Source: Folioceros fuciformis (Eukaryota). Taken from it: a stretch of DNA of 64,000 nt. The stretch's first letter is position 1, and each line of letters opens with the position of its first letter. Below, piece by piece: positions 11,435 to 22,876 of this stretch. The stretch spans positions 115,161 to 179,160 of the forward strand of contig JBNGIO010006265.1 of NCBI GenBank assembly GCA_049999805.1, in the 5' to 3' direction. Position numbers and translations under genes: made by a program. The notes beneath the pieces are model-generated. The model saw only the letters and a list, made by a program, of their open reading frames with translations, had not been told where the DNA came from and searched no databases.

Positions 11435-14400
11435 ATGGCCGTGCGCTTGGTGAATTCCGTTCACCCGCTTACAGACTTGGGTACTTCGACCAAGGATTCG
11501 AAATCAAAGACTGAGCAGCGACCGTGGATCCGTGTCGACTCCACAGGCCCCCTACTCGCAGCTTCGTCTGTAGGGATCGGCATCAGCCAGGAAGCTTTGG
11601 AGAGAGCGAGGCTGGAGCTGTTATGGCAGGACCTGTTTTCTGATCCTCGACACTGGTGGGACAATAGGCAGGGCAAGAGAAGCGTCCGCGACCCTGACTT
11701 CCGGCACAAGAGGTCCAAGGAGGGCCTGTTTGTGGACAACAAATGCAAGCCTGCGTGGGTGGAGTCGCAGCTAGCGGCGTGGGATGCTCAGCTGGACTGC
11801 ATTTCAGGAAATGGCGGCAATGCACAAGCTGGATGCTGGAGCAACGTGTGGGAGCCAGCACAGCTCAGTGAAACAGTTCACTCCCTGGATGTCTTGGTGG
11901 AAGGAGGGTGCCATGTTGACACCTCTTGCGTCTACCGCGTGCTTAGAAGGTGCATGGCCGAGAAGAACTTAGCCTTGGGCATGCGTGTGCATGACATAAT
12001 TCGCAAGAGTGGGTATGAGTCGGATACGTTTTTGGCCAACCATGTCATCCGTATGTATGCTTCTCACAAGAGGTTGCAGGAGGCACTGCAAGTGTTTGAG
12101 AACGTGCCCACTCCGGACGCCTTTATGTGGTGTGCCATCATCAAGGCCCATGTAGAGAGTGCGCGGCCTACGCAGGCTATGGAGTTCTATAGGCAGATGC
12201 GTGAGTCGACTGTCAAGCCGGATGTATACATCGTCCCAGCTGTTCTCACAGCTTGTGCCAGTGCAGGAGATTTGGCTTTCGGGAGGGGAGTGCATGCCGA
12301 TGTTGTGGGGACTGCGGTTGAACAGAATGTGGTTGTGGGCAACTGCTTGGTAGACATGTATGCCAAATGTGGGAGCTTGGCAGATGCTCGGAAAGTTTTT
12401 GACAGATTGCGAGCAAAAGATGTCGTGACATGGACGGTCATGATCAGAGGATATGTACAGCATAGCCGAGGTGGCGAAGCTATTTCTCTGTATAGAAGTA
12501 TGGAGAAGGAGGGCATCGCTGTGGCAGACCATGTTACGTTTGTATGCCTCCTGAAAGCGTGTACAGACATTGGAGCTTTCCATGAGGGGAAGAATCTGCA
12601 TTCTGAGATTCGAAAAAGGGGACTTGAAGCTGATGTGGTCCTTGGGAACTGCTTGGTGGATATGTATGCGAAATGTGGGAGTTTGGGGGATGCTCGCAGG
12701 GTATTTGACACGTTGCCCAAAAGAGACGTGGTCTCATGGACTGCCATGATTGCTGGATACGCTCAGCATGGTCTCGGTCAAGAAGCTCTCACTTTGTATG
12801 CAAGTATGCAGCGTGAGGGCTTGACTGCTGCAAATCATGTCACATTCGTGTGCCTCCTGAAAGCCTGTATGAGCATTCGGGATGTAGAGGAAGGGAAGGA
12901 GATCCACAGACACATACAGCGGCGAGGGCTGGAAGCTGATGTGGTTATTGGCAGCTGCCTGGTGGACATGTATGCCAAATGTGGGAGCTTGGAGGATGCA
13001 CGCAGGTTATTTGATAGCTTGTCCACCAAGAACGTGGTCACTTGGAATGCTATGCTCTCAGGATATGTGGAGCATGGGCTCGGTCAAGAAGCCCTTTCTC
13101 TTTACTCGATTATGCAGCAGAGTGGCCTGACACCTGACTACGTCACCTTTGTTTCCCTCCTGCAAGCATGCGCCAGCATTGGAGCATTGGATCAGGGGAA
13201 GCAGTTTCACTCTGAAATCCTAGATTTAGGGCTACAAGATGACGTGGTTGTGGGCAATTGCCTGGTGGCTATGTACTCCAATTGTGGGAGCTTGGAGGAT
13301 GCAAGGGGAGTGTTTGACACGTTGGCAGCAAAAGATGTGATCACATGGACATCCATAATCGCTGGATACGCAAAATATGGGAATCTAATGGAAGCCCGCA
13401 GAATGTTCGACAGCTTGGAGACAAAAAATGTCGTGACATGGAATGCGATGATATCAGGATATGTCCAGCATGATCTTGCTCTAGACGCTCTGGCTCTTTT
13501 TGCAACTATGCAACAGGAAGGCATTACTCCAGCTAGTCATGTTACTTTTGTATGCCTCCTTCAGGCCTGTGCCAGTGTCGGAGCTTTGCATCAGGGCAAG
13601 CAGTTGCATACTCAGATTCGAGAACAAGGACTGGAAGCTGATTTGGTTCTTAGTAACTGCTTGGTGGACATGTACTCTAAATGTGCTAGCATAGACGATG
13701 CTCGAGGAGTGTTTGACACATTGCCCGTTAAAGATGTGGTGACCTGGACTGCGATGCTCAATGGGTATGCCAGACATGGTGATGGCCGCATGGCAATCAA
13801 ATGTTTTAAGGAGATGCAGCAGGAAGGTATCGAGCCTGATGGGGATACTTTTAGTTGTCTTCTCGTTGCCTGCTGTCACAACGGCCTTGTGAATGAGGGC
13901 CAGCAGTATTTGAAAACAATGGTGGACGACCATGGCATTACTCCCTGTGATTATCACTACACCTCCATGGTTGATCTTCTTGGGCGGTCTGGCCGTCTAG
14001 ATGAGGCAGAAGATATCTTGCTAACAAAACCATTCAAGAACGATGTTGTAGCGTGGACTTCTTTGCTGAGTGCGTGCAAAAGCCATGGGGATGTTGAGCG
14101 AGGGCAGAGATGTTTTGACCGTCTTACTACAGTGGACCCTCAAAACGCATCTGCGTACGTTCTCCTGAGCAGCATCTTCGCAAATGCTGGAAGCTGGGGG
14201 AAAGTAGACGAGATAGAGGAGATGAGACGTTCTGCAGGAGCTTGGAAGAAGCCTGCAAAGGCCTGTATTGAAGTGAAGAACCAGGTGCGTGAGTTCATCG
14301 TGGGAGAAAGTGAGGACGACCTTTCGTTGAAGTCGAGAAAGCTCACCTCGATAGTGAAAAACGAAGGAGGCCACATTCCACACACGGATTTGATACATAG

Positions 14401-14650
14401 GGCAATGTCTCTCAGTGAGAAGGAGGATGCTTTGTGTGGCCATGCTGAGAAACTGGCTTTGGCTTATGGGCTTCTCAACACTGCCGACGGCACAACTCTG
14501 CTTGTAACGAAGAATCTGCGGATGTGCGAAGACTGTCACAGTAGCACTAAGATTCTTTCACGCCTTGAGAAGCGAGAGATAGTAGTTAGAGATGCACACC
14601 GTGTACACCGTTTTCAAGATGGGTTGTGTTCTTGCGGGGATCGGCATTGA
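11435..14650 (+). CDS. PLS-class PPR protein with E1/E2 and DYW:KP (KPAxA, DRH-ending) domain; candidate organellar RNA-editing factor; N-terminal PDF motif
   Basis: Intronless 1071 aa ORF with about 21 P/L/S/SS motifs, WKKPAKA, HAEKLA, NLRMCEDCH and C-terminal CSCGDRH. Confidence 0.95.
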   Translation: MAVRLVNSVHPLTDLGTSTKDSKSKTEQRPWIRVDSTGPLLAASSVGIGISQEALERARLELLWQDLFSDPRHWWDNRQGKRSVRDPDFRHKRSKEGLFVDNKCKPAWVESQLAAWDAQLDCISGNGGNAQAGCWSNVWEPAQLSETVHSLDVLVEGGCHVDTSCVYRVLRRCMAEKNLALGMRVHDIIRKSGYESDTFLANHVIRMYASHKRLQEALQVFENVPTPDAFMWCAIIKAHVESARPTQAMEFYRQMRESTVKPDVYIVPAVLTACASAGDLAFGRGVHADVVGTAVEQNVVVGNCLVDMYAKCGSLADARKVFDRLRAKDVVTWTVMIRGYVQHSRGGEAISLYRSMEKEGIAVADHVTFVCLLKACTDIGAFHEGKNLHSEIRKRGLEADVVLGNCLVDMYAKCGSLGDARRVFDTLPKRDVVSWTAMIAGYAQHGLGQEALTLYASMQREGLTAANHVTFVCLLKACMSIRDVEEGKEIHRHIQRRGLEADVVIGSCLVDMYAKCGSLEDARRLFDSLSTKNVVTWNAMLSGYVEHGLGQEALSLYSIMQQSGLTPDYVTFVSLLQACASIGALDQGKQFHSEILDLGLQDDVVVGNCLVAMYSNCGSLEDARGVFDTLAAKDVITWTSIIAGYAKYGNLMEARRMFDSLETKNVVTWNAMISGYVQHDLALDALALFATMQQEGITPASHVTFVCLLQACASVGALHQGKQLHTQIREQGLEADLVLSNCLVDMYSKCASIDDARGVFDTLPVKDVVTWTAMLNGYARHGDGRMAIKCFKEMQQEGIEPDGDTFSCLLVACCHNGLVNEGQQYLKTMVDDHGITPCDYHYTSMVDLLGRSGRLDEAEDILLTKPFKNDVVAWTSLLSACKSHGDVERGQRCFDRLTTVDPQNASAYVLLSSIFANAGSWGKVDEIEEMRRSAGAWKKPAKACIEVKNQVREFIVGESEDDLSLKSRKLTSIVKNEGGHIPHTDLIHRAMSLSEKEDALCGHAEKLALAYGLLNTADGTTLLVTKNLRMCEDCHSSTKILSRLEKREIVVRDAHRVHRFQDGLCSCGDRH

Positions 14651-14820
14651 TGAAAAACCTTCTCGAAACCCAGAGTGCACCCTAACGTAATTAGTTCACC
14701 CCTATCAACCAGATTCTAGCAGAGGTCCTTGTACCTTCTAGTCTTTCCTGAAAAGGTAACCCCTTACAATTCCTTCATGGAAAGGCGCACATCCTAGCTC
14801 AACAAATGCACTATCTGTGC

Positions 14821-15407
14821 TCATCTGAACGACTTTGAAACAGGGCCACGAGACAATCCCAGCCGCACTTCCATCCCGTGATGCAAATCAGCCGACACGA
14901 ACGATTCGGAGTCTCGCGGATCTGCAGACACGAGGAGGAGCTCATCAGACAACATACCCTAATCAAGTGTTAAAACTTCAGGTGTGCTCCGGCACACTGT
15001 GCTGACCATTCAGATAGTCTTCAAAACCGAAGCTCTCCAAGGTCCTGTTGTAGGAGTCCAAGCCAAGCATGGAGGAAGGCACCAAACCCGGTGGTCGCTG
15101 CACGCTGCACACCCCAACACTCTATCAGTCTCCGCAACACAAAGAGCAAAGTCCTAGCTGACGGGGGAGCTCGTTACCGAGACAGAATTTGCTGCTCAAT
15201 GTCCATCTTTGTGACAAAAGCCGACCCCTGCAGGTGTCTTAACATGTTTTTCCTAGTGTCCTCCTGCAACTTCTGATGCGTGCGCTGCACGGTCTCGGCA
15301 GCATGCCTCGGCAATGCATCTTGTTTCAGAGCAGGCAAACCAAATCGGAGAGAGTCGTGCGCCCCAAGCACATCATGCGGCAAAGATGTTCCCTCCTCCA
15401 TGTCCAT
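14821..15407 (-). CDS. UMP1: Proteasome maturation factor UMP1/POMP homolog, 3 exons
   Basis: HDSLRFGL...LRHLQGSAFVTKMDIEQQILSR | QRPPGLVPSSMLGLDS...FGFEDYLN | DPRDSESF...HHGMEVRLGL, with stop at 14821. Confidence 0.88.
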
Positions 15408-15571
15408 GACGAAACCGCTTAGAGGGTGGAGCAGAACCCTCGGCCAGTCAAGCAAACCTCACTCCGCAGAGTGTGAGCAAGTTCTATAGCATTTGAGGTG
15501 GAACTTGTGTCGAGTTCATCGTTATCCACTTTTACATTTATATATTTCAATATAAATGAAGACTTGCATAC

Positions 15572-15644
15572 TCCGTTGTAGTCTAGACGGTTAGGATACT
15601 CGGCTCTCACCCGAGCGACCCGGGTTCGAGTCCCGGCAACGGAA
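15572..15644 (+). tRNA. tRNA-Glu (CTC)
   Basis: Acceptor stem TCCGTTG/CAACGGA, anticodon arm CTCGG-CT CTC AC-CCGAG, GGTTCGAGTCC T-arm, TATAAAT about 20 nt upstream. Confidence 0.95.
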
Positions 15645-16947
15645 TACAATGCGATTGTTAGCTCCATGAAAACTTTGCTTTTAACAGTCTTTTGCAGTTT
15701 GTAAGGATATGAAACATACCAATGTAGCCTAGATATGATTAGTGTAGCCTGCCTAGCATGAGATAGCTTATCTCACTAAACCATGCAAAGCTATATAAAC
15801 TATGAGAAGGTGGATGACTTGTGTAAAGCTGGAATATGACTTGTCCTAGTTCATGGATGACATGTCCTAACAAACTTGTGAACTAACCCTCTAGGTGAAG
15901 CTATAGAACAATTCTAGCTCACCATATTATGCAAGCCTCAAAAATTGTTTACAATAAATGTCAAAACAACATGAACTATCATGTAGTGTTCACAATGTGT
16001 GCTAGCTATGTATGACCTATCATTAGTAGCTCACCCATTATAAAGTCATATGAGGTATCTTAGCTTAAATCTGTATGAACTAACGTAGCTTAATAAATGA
16101 TTATTTTAACTATTTTTGTTAATCAGCTAACCCCTTGTGGGCATTGGCTAAAGCTGTAGGCATTTAAATGTATAAGACAGCACTAATGAATACAAATACG
16201 AACTTTTGATATCTTCATAGTTACAACAACATAGTAAACAAGGGAGGTCAATCTGTGCTAGGTATTCCCTCTCTCTCTTTGGGGTAGATGAGTGATCATT
16301 TATATATATATAATTTTATTTATTAAATATAATATAATTAATATAAAATACTTTTATAATAAAACCCCTTTAATTAGAAGCAAGTAGCAAGACCAAACAC
16401 ATCATTAGGCTTACATATTCCTTGCCTTCCATGCATGTCTCTAATTTATTTATTGATGATATACTTTGACCCGATAAGACTCATAATTTTAGGCAGGTCG
16501 TCTTCCGAAGAGCAGCGCGCTGCTAGGTACTGTACCCAAGGCTTCAAGTTGCTCACAATTTCACGTTCAGTACGAATTGGGACACGATAATGGCCTTATT
16601 CTCAACCGTCACGGACAATTCGATGTCAGCACTGTGAGTCGTCGACAAAATCCTTACACCATTCGTGCAGGGTCAGAATCGCTGAGCCTGAGACAGACCA
16701 GTTACCTCCAGCAGAGGCTGCTGGTGATGAGGAGGGCTCGCGGAAGGGCAAGCAAATCTTGTTCTCTGTTCGATCGTGCAATCTAGTCTACCTGTGCGTC
16801 GTTGGAGGTGACGGCCTCTTCAGGTATTTGGAGCTGAAATTTGAGGTGTCTTGCTCCTTCGCTGACTGGTAGATCATGGTACGTATCGGGCTGTTATTTA
16901 CGAGTCTGATGAGAAGTATTCGCAGAGCATCGAGAGTAGGAGCCGGC

Positions 16948-19944
16948 ATGAACCATTTTGATCTACCCTTGCAGCCATGCCTGGCTGCCAAGTCGCTTGC
17001 TGTCGTTTTCTCAGAGGAGAAAGGCCGCTGTCTGATAGCCTCCCGTCATTTCTCGAGAGGTTAGTTGCCCGTTTGCTTGCGAGGGAACGAGATTTGACTA
17101 CATACGATCTTTGCACTGCGATTCCTGTCTACCGCTCTCTGTCGGAGACTGAAGTGAAGGTCTTGCGGAGTGGGGGTTTACAGGCTGAAATGCCCGGGAT
17201 TTTGTTAACAAGCCTTGACTGTACAGGAGAAGTGATTCTGGATCAAGAACCATACGTATCGGTACTTGATGCTGAGTCGAAGGAGAAGAGGTGTGACAGC
17301 TGCTTTGCAGAGTCGAGTATATTAATGAGGTGTTCTGCGTGTAAGAACGTGTGGTACTGCTCTAGCACTTGCCAGGTATGCATAGGTCCTTTTCAGCGGT
17401 ATTGGTATTGCAGCCCTGTGGGAGTTCTGGTACCTCTATGTGGGGACAGTCCCGTTCGGTTGTTAAATCGTGCCCAATCTGGTGTTCCCGCATTGCCAGA
17501 AGAAGGCGTGGAAGTTGCACCAGGCTGAATGCGCAGCAATTGCCAAGCTCTGGAAGGAGAAGCAACATAGGCCTACGCCGTCGCTGACCTTAATGGTTCG
17601 ATTGTTTCTGAGACGGAAATTGCAAGAAGAGGAGGTACTTTGATGATGTTGGCCGTTATTCCTCTGTCAACAAGTGTCGCTGGATTAGGGTTCCTGTTCT
17701 GCAGTCAACCGGAGTGGCTTTTAAGGTTCTAGAGGTTGTATGTGGGATGACTGCCTGGCAGTTGACATTGTTGCGTAGAGGAGTTGAGTATTGACGTGCA
17801 GATTGCTATTTGACATCGTTCCGTTTCACAAAACTAGGATTTCCTTGTAGGTGATACCTCGGACAGCAATGGACCACTACGGGCTCGTGGAGGCTTTACC
17901 TAGCCGTATCCTAATCATGCGTCCGGAATTCAAGTCCTTGGCAAATAGCTGAGCAAGTGAAGGGAATCATGGACTGTTTATGCATGCCTTTGACTTCGTT
18001 TCAGATATGTCCAAGACTGGGGAGGAGAGACTAGTTTTGTATGCACAGATGGCAAACCTGGTGAAACTATTGGGTGTGCCCGAAGACATTACCTTGAAAT
18101 CCATCACCGAGAACTTTTGCCGAGTAACATCTTCAGCTTCTGCTCTTTCTTGGAAGACTGAATGGGTCTTATGTTTTTTCTCATTTTTCCTGTTTGGATC
18201 GTAGTTTGCCTGCAATGCCCATACAATATGTGATGAAGAATTGAGGCCCTTGGGGACTGGGCTGTATCCTCTCATATCTATTGTCAATCACAGGTGATGC
18301 TCGTAGTAGTATTTCCAAAACTTGGTTAACGAGATGGAACGTTTGAGCTTCTGAAGAAAACTGACTTGGGTAACTCACACAGTTGCTCCCCGAATCTTGT
18401 ATTGTTATTTGAGGGCAAGCGGGCAGTGTTACGTGCAGTAGAGAACATCGAGGAGGGCTCTGAGGTAAGACATGGTCTTCTGGTGTATTGATGCTTGTAG
18501 TCAGTGCAGGAACATTTGTGAACAACGCTTCCCACAAAGGTTTGGCGCATATAGCTATAGTTTTTCTCTTTGTTTGAATCCCTGTCCTGCTGGTTGCATA
18601 GCTTACAGTGAGTTATGTGGAGCTTGGTGCTAGCACATCCTCTCGCAGAGCAACTTTGAGGACTCAGTACTTTTTCCACTGCAACTGTTTACGGTGCAGT
18701 CGTGGGGTAAGGTTCGATTATCCTCCCTCCCTCATCGCATGCTATGGCCATGCATTAGCCCAGTGATCGACAAATTTGCCTTTATTTTTCTTGAGGTCTG
18801 CTTCCTTTACTTTTCCATGTCAACATGGATGATATGTCCTTTTGGTTGTCAGGATTGTGAAGAAGATGCTATGCTCGAAGGATTTAGATGCTCAGATCTG
18901 AACTGTGCAGGCACTTTACATCCGTCCGCTGGTATATGTCTGTATTGCCTTCAGTGGTCTGGACCAGGATCAGTGGACACCTTTCTGGAAGTGACAATGT
19001 GGGACTTGCTTGTTGCCATTTATTTGATGTGATTTCGCATTGTTCACATGTAGCTGGCAATTATGCATGCCACTTTTGTGGCAATGAGCGGTCAGAGCCT
19101 GATCTCCGGAAGGTAGCCAGTAAATCTGAACAGCTTTTGCAAATAGCAGCAGGTCTCAGTTCTTCTGGAAGTATCCTTCTCACTGTCCACTCTGTGGTAC
19201 TGATCTTTACATGCCACCCTCAAAGCGATGTAAGTGTAAACATGTAGCATTTCTTTTACCAGCCTTCTCAGAAACCCGCGAAGCGAGGAAAGCCTATGAA
19301 CGAGCAGAAGAGGAGCAGCTCAAAGTCTGGCACCCTTACTCAGTTTTCCTGATGAGAACTAGGGATAGTCTGATGAAGGTACATGTTTTATCCGTCCACC
19401 TCAAACACTGAGAGCGTGTGGGCCCCGTGGAAGGGTGCTGATCTAGTGTGTGTCAAAAATTGCAGCTGTGTATGGAGACGCAGGACTGGCAGAGTGCTCT
19501 ACATTATGCCAAGCTGACGCTTCCTGTCTATGAGAGTAAGTTAGAAAGCTTCCCACTCGTAATACTTCTTTCCGGCCTCGTTAAAAAATTGTTGGTTGCA
19601 AAATTGCAGGGATATATCCACCTTACTTCCCCCTTTTGGGTCTGGAGTTGTATTTTCTGGCAAAGCTCGAGTGGTGAGTTGCCCTTGTTACTGACTTGCA
19701 TCCACAGCTACCTAGTGTTTGATAAGTTGGACCAACTGTACTTTGACTAGTCCGAACTCACGAGGACTATGGCAGGTTTGTGGGCCACACGGCCGAGGCT
19801 GTGACTACCCTGACTCGAGCACATGAGATTTTAGGCTTCACGCATGGAGCACACTCGCGTTTGTTTCAAGGCCTTGCGCAGCTTCTAGGAGAAGCACGTG
19901 CCGAGGCAGCTCATGTATACCTGAGCGTATTTGGGACTGACTGA
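16948..19944 (+). CDS. ASHR1: SET and MYND domain lysine methyltransferase (ASHR1/SDG37, SMYD-like), multi-exon
   Basis: EKGRCLIASRHF, MYND finger CDSC..CSACK.VWYCS..CQ, CNAHTICDEELRPLGTGLYP, SET motif NHSC.PN, post-SET YFFHCNC.RC, ending AAHVYLSVFGTD*. Alternative upstream ATG at 16876. Confidence 0.9.
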
Positions 19945-20603
19945 CAGCGTGCACCTCGAGGAACAGTTGTGACGCAGTCTGCCTTGACTGGCAAATCAAC
20001 GTCATTGGCACCAGACGACAACGGTTCTTCGGTCATGTGGTTGTCAGGTTGTAGGTACGTTTTGAACCGCAACTCGCCACCTTCTGTGTAGCAAAGTGGT
20101 AACCCTGTCCAGTCGGAATGTCCAGCCTGGTAACTCAAGCTGGAGAGTTGTGTAAGAGGGATTCTGGCTTCTTCAGCATTTCTCTTGCATGTCTGTCCGG
20201 CATTAGAAGAGATCATGGAAGACACCTTCGTCTGGACGGAGGTGCCAGCTTCAACATAGATGGGAAGGATCTGCTTCTAGACTAGCCTTCCTCGCCGTTA
20301 TCATGTCCTCTTACAAGAACCCTCTTGTGACGAAGATTAAATGGGTTTTCTTAATGATTTATTAAGGCTAATTGTGTATGGAAAAATGATAGCGTTCAAA
20401 GCCTTTAAATCTTGAGCCACACAAGAGATATTCAGATGAAGTTCATCTCGCATCTACAAGCGGAAGGTACGCACAAAAGATATAGCTAGAAACAGAACAT
20501 CATGTGTAAAACCCTGCGGAAAGCTCTATAGCCAAAGCTTTGCAGCCAAAATTGCATAGCCCCTATTATCCAGCAAGTAGGAGCTTGTCTCCACAAGATG
20601 CAT

Positions 20604-21104
20604 CTAGCTAAGACCTGAGACAGCTGATTTGGAAGGGCCATGTACAAGAGTTGAATTGGAAGACTTCATACGCTTCCCACTAGTACCAGTAGACCAAAGT
20701 TGCACACCACTACCATTGTACATTACCACATTACCATCGTCCTGCAAGATGATGTAGTGAGCACCATCTTGGCCACAACAAGTTCCAGTGCTGAAAATCG
20801 AAACATTAGCATCCGTAAAGAGCTCCGCATTGCCATTGGTTTCCATCTTGAAGTAGCATCCTAGGCCTTTATTCGCTGTGTTGGTGGACCATATTGCTGT
20901 ATTTGTCTTCTGGTTGTAGAGTACCAAGTTGCAGTCATATTGCATAGTGAATAAGTGAGGCCATAGTATCAAACCGTCACCTGGAGACAATTGATAGCCC
21001 TCTATCAACACTTGGCTGTTACAATGAGCAACCTGGATAGAGGAAGCAAACACGTACAATAAAACTATCATCTGCAAAAAGATCATGGCCTTCAAGATTG
21101 CCAT
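20604..21104 (-). CDS. Bulb-type (GNA-related) mannose-binding lectin, secreted, copy 1
   Basis: Hydrophobic signal peptide; QxDxNxVxY motifs QYDCNLVLY and QDDGNVVMY; W-S-T-N-T segments; intronless. Confidence 0.9.
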   Translation of the reverse strand: MAILKAMIFLQMIVLLYVFASSIQVAHCNSQVLIEGYQLSPGDGLILWPHLFTMQYDCNLVLYNQKTNTAIWSTNTANKGLGCYFKMETNGNAELFTDANVSIFSTGTCCGQDGAHYIILQDDGNVVMYNGSGVQLWSTGTSGKRMKSSNSTLVHGPSKSAVSGLS

Positions 21105-21915
21105 TTCTGACTATGCTTAGCAATAAGAAACAAGCTGGTTGCCCCTCAGAAGGTTCACCACAAAGATAGCACAATCAATGACATACGTTGAAAGGAATTG
21201 GGCCTAGACTCCAATATATAGACGTGTGAGAGCATTTTACATCGATAGAGTTGTATCTTACCTCGATTGTTTGTAATTTATCTTGATTCATTCTTTGAAA
21301 TGAATAAAAAAAAAAAAGGTTTCATTTCTTCTACAAAATATGGCTTATTAATGATGTAGACATGATTCGGGTGTGAGGACCTATTGTATCGCTAGCTTTT
21401 TATTTTACCTCCATCAAAAAAATATTTTTTCTTTCTTTGAAATGTATAAAAAAGGTTACATTTCTTCTATAATTTCTTTTGTATGGTTTATTTATTCACT
21501 GAAATTATTTTAAAAAATCTTAATATTCTTTTCGAAAGTACTTAGAGGGGCCTTAGGTTGGTTCAATGCTTGAGATGCATAACCTCTTGAGAAGTCCTAG
21601 TGTAGCACTCTTTACAAGCATTGTTGGGTGACTTCCAATGAGGTCTCGTCTCAATGCATCCTTCATAGGTGTATTGATCGAAGCGCTTTTCTGTGCCCTC
21701 TTATGGGTTGTTTTTTCAAGTCTTAGGGTAAACCTTAGTGCTCCTTCTTTGCTCTTTGGTGGATGTTTCCCTCCCTTCACACTAGATGCAATTTCTCATC
21801 TCTTCTTTTTGTAAAATTTCTATAATGCTTATAGCCTACGTATTGTTCCAACTAACAACAAAGGTGTAAGATCCTTCCATTATGTAAGTATTGTTCCAAC
21901 AATCGCAAAAGGTGT

Positions 21916-22011
21916 AAGCTCTTTGCAACTTAGTGCAAGGTCTGTATGCTTCTGCAAGCTCTTTCCAACTTAGTGCAAGGTCTATATGCGTCTACAAGCT
22001 CTTTCCAACTT
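21916..22011. repeat. 40-bp tandem repeat, about 2.4 copies
   Basis: aagctcttt(g/c)caacttagtgcaaggtct(g/a)tatgc... recurs at 21916, 21956 and 21996. Confidence 0.8.
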
Positions 22012-22876
22012 GGCCTAGGCCTCTCTCTCTCTATGCCCGCAATTGGCCTAGAATTGAGAAAGAGTTGTCCCAAAGATGAATTCAGGAACCAGGCTATAGA
22101 TGTTAGTAGTTTGCTATATATAATCTCCTCTACAAGCCAAGGTTGTCTTAATCTAGTTTTTTCCACTTAAAAAATAATAATTAGGAACTAGAATCCCTCG
22201 AATGCACTTAAGATGACTACTTAACATGTTATCCATGCTCAAAGGGTTAGCGGTTCATAAAAGATTTTGACCTCTAGATGAATGCGTCATATTGATGTAA
22301 AGGGTAGGGAGTAGTCCTTTGTCATTAGTAAGAAGATATCCATTTGTATGAGCAACTTATTATTACAAATCACATGCACATATTGGTGAGTAATGTGGGG
22401 TACATGAAAGTCAATATGATAGTGCACATGCCCAAAGGTGAATCATGCCAAGATAGCTAGTGAATGTAAGAAGAACAAAGGGAGTAGAACAACGATCATT
22501 AAATTGCTAACCCACCTAGACAAACATGGTCAGTTAAGTTAGGAAGATTGCTTCATAGGGATTGACTCTTCTTAAGCATTTCTCTTCCATGTATGATATA
22601 ATAAGATGGTTGTTTCCAAGGGGTTCATTCTTCCTACTCCCATGTCCAAGATAAGAAACTGATTGTTCCAAACGGGTTCATTCTTCCCAAGCATTTCTCT
22701 TACATGTCCCAAATAAGAAGACGTCATGGAATATAACATATCTACATCCAAACAAAGGTTTATATGGTGCACAAATGCACATGACATAAGCTTCAAACAA
22801 ACATGATGTGTAGAAAACTACAGAATGTTCTATATCCTTTGTGAGCTACCGCAACAAGGTTGATCAAGCTTGAGCC

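Noticed and set aside
21553-22800. Short ORFs between the lectins as possible transposon genes
   Set aside because: No RT, integrase or transposase motifs and no TIR/TSD that I could identify.
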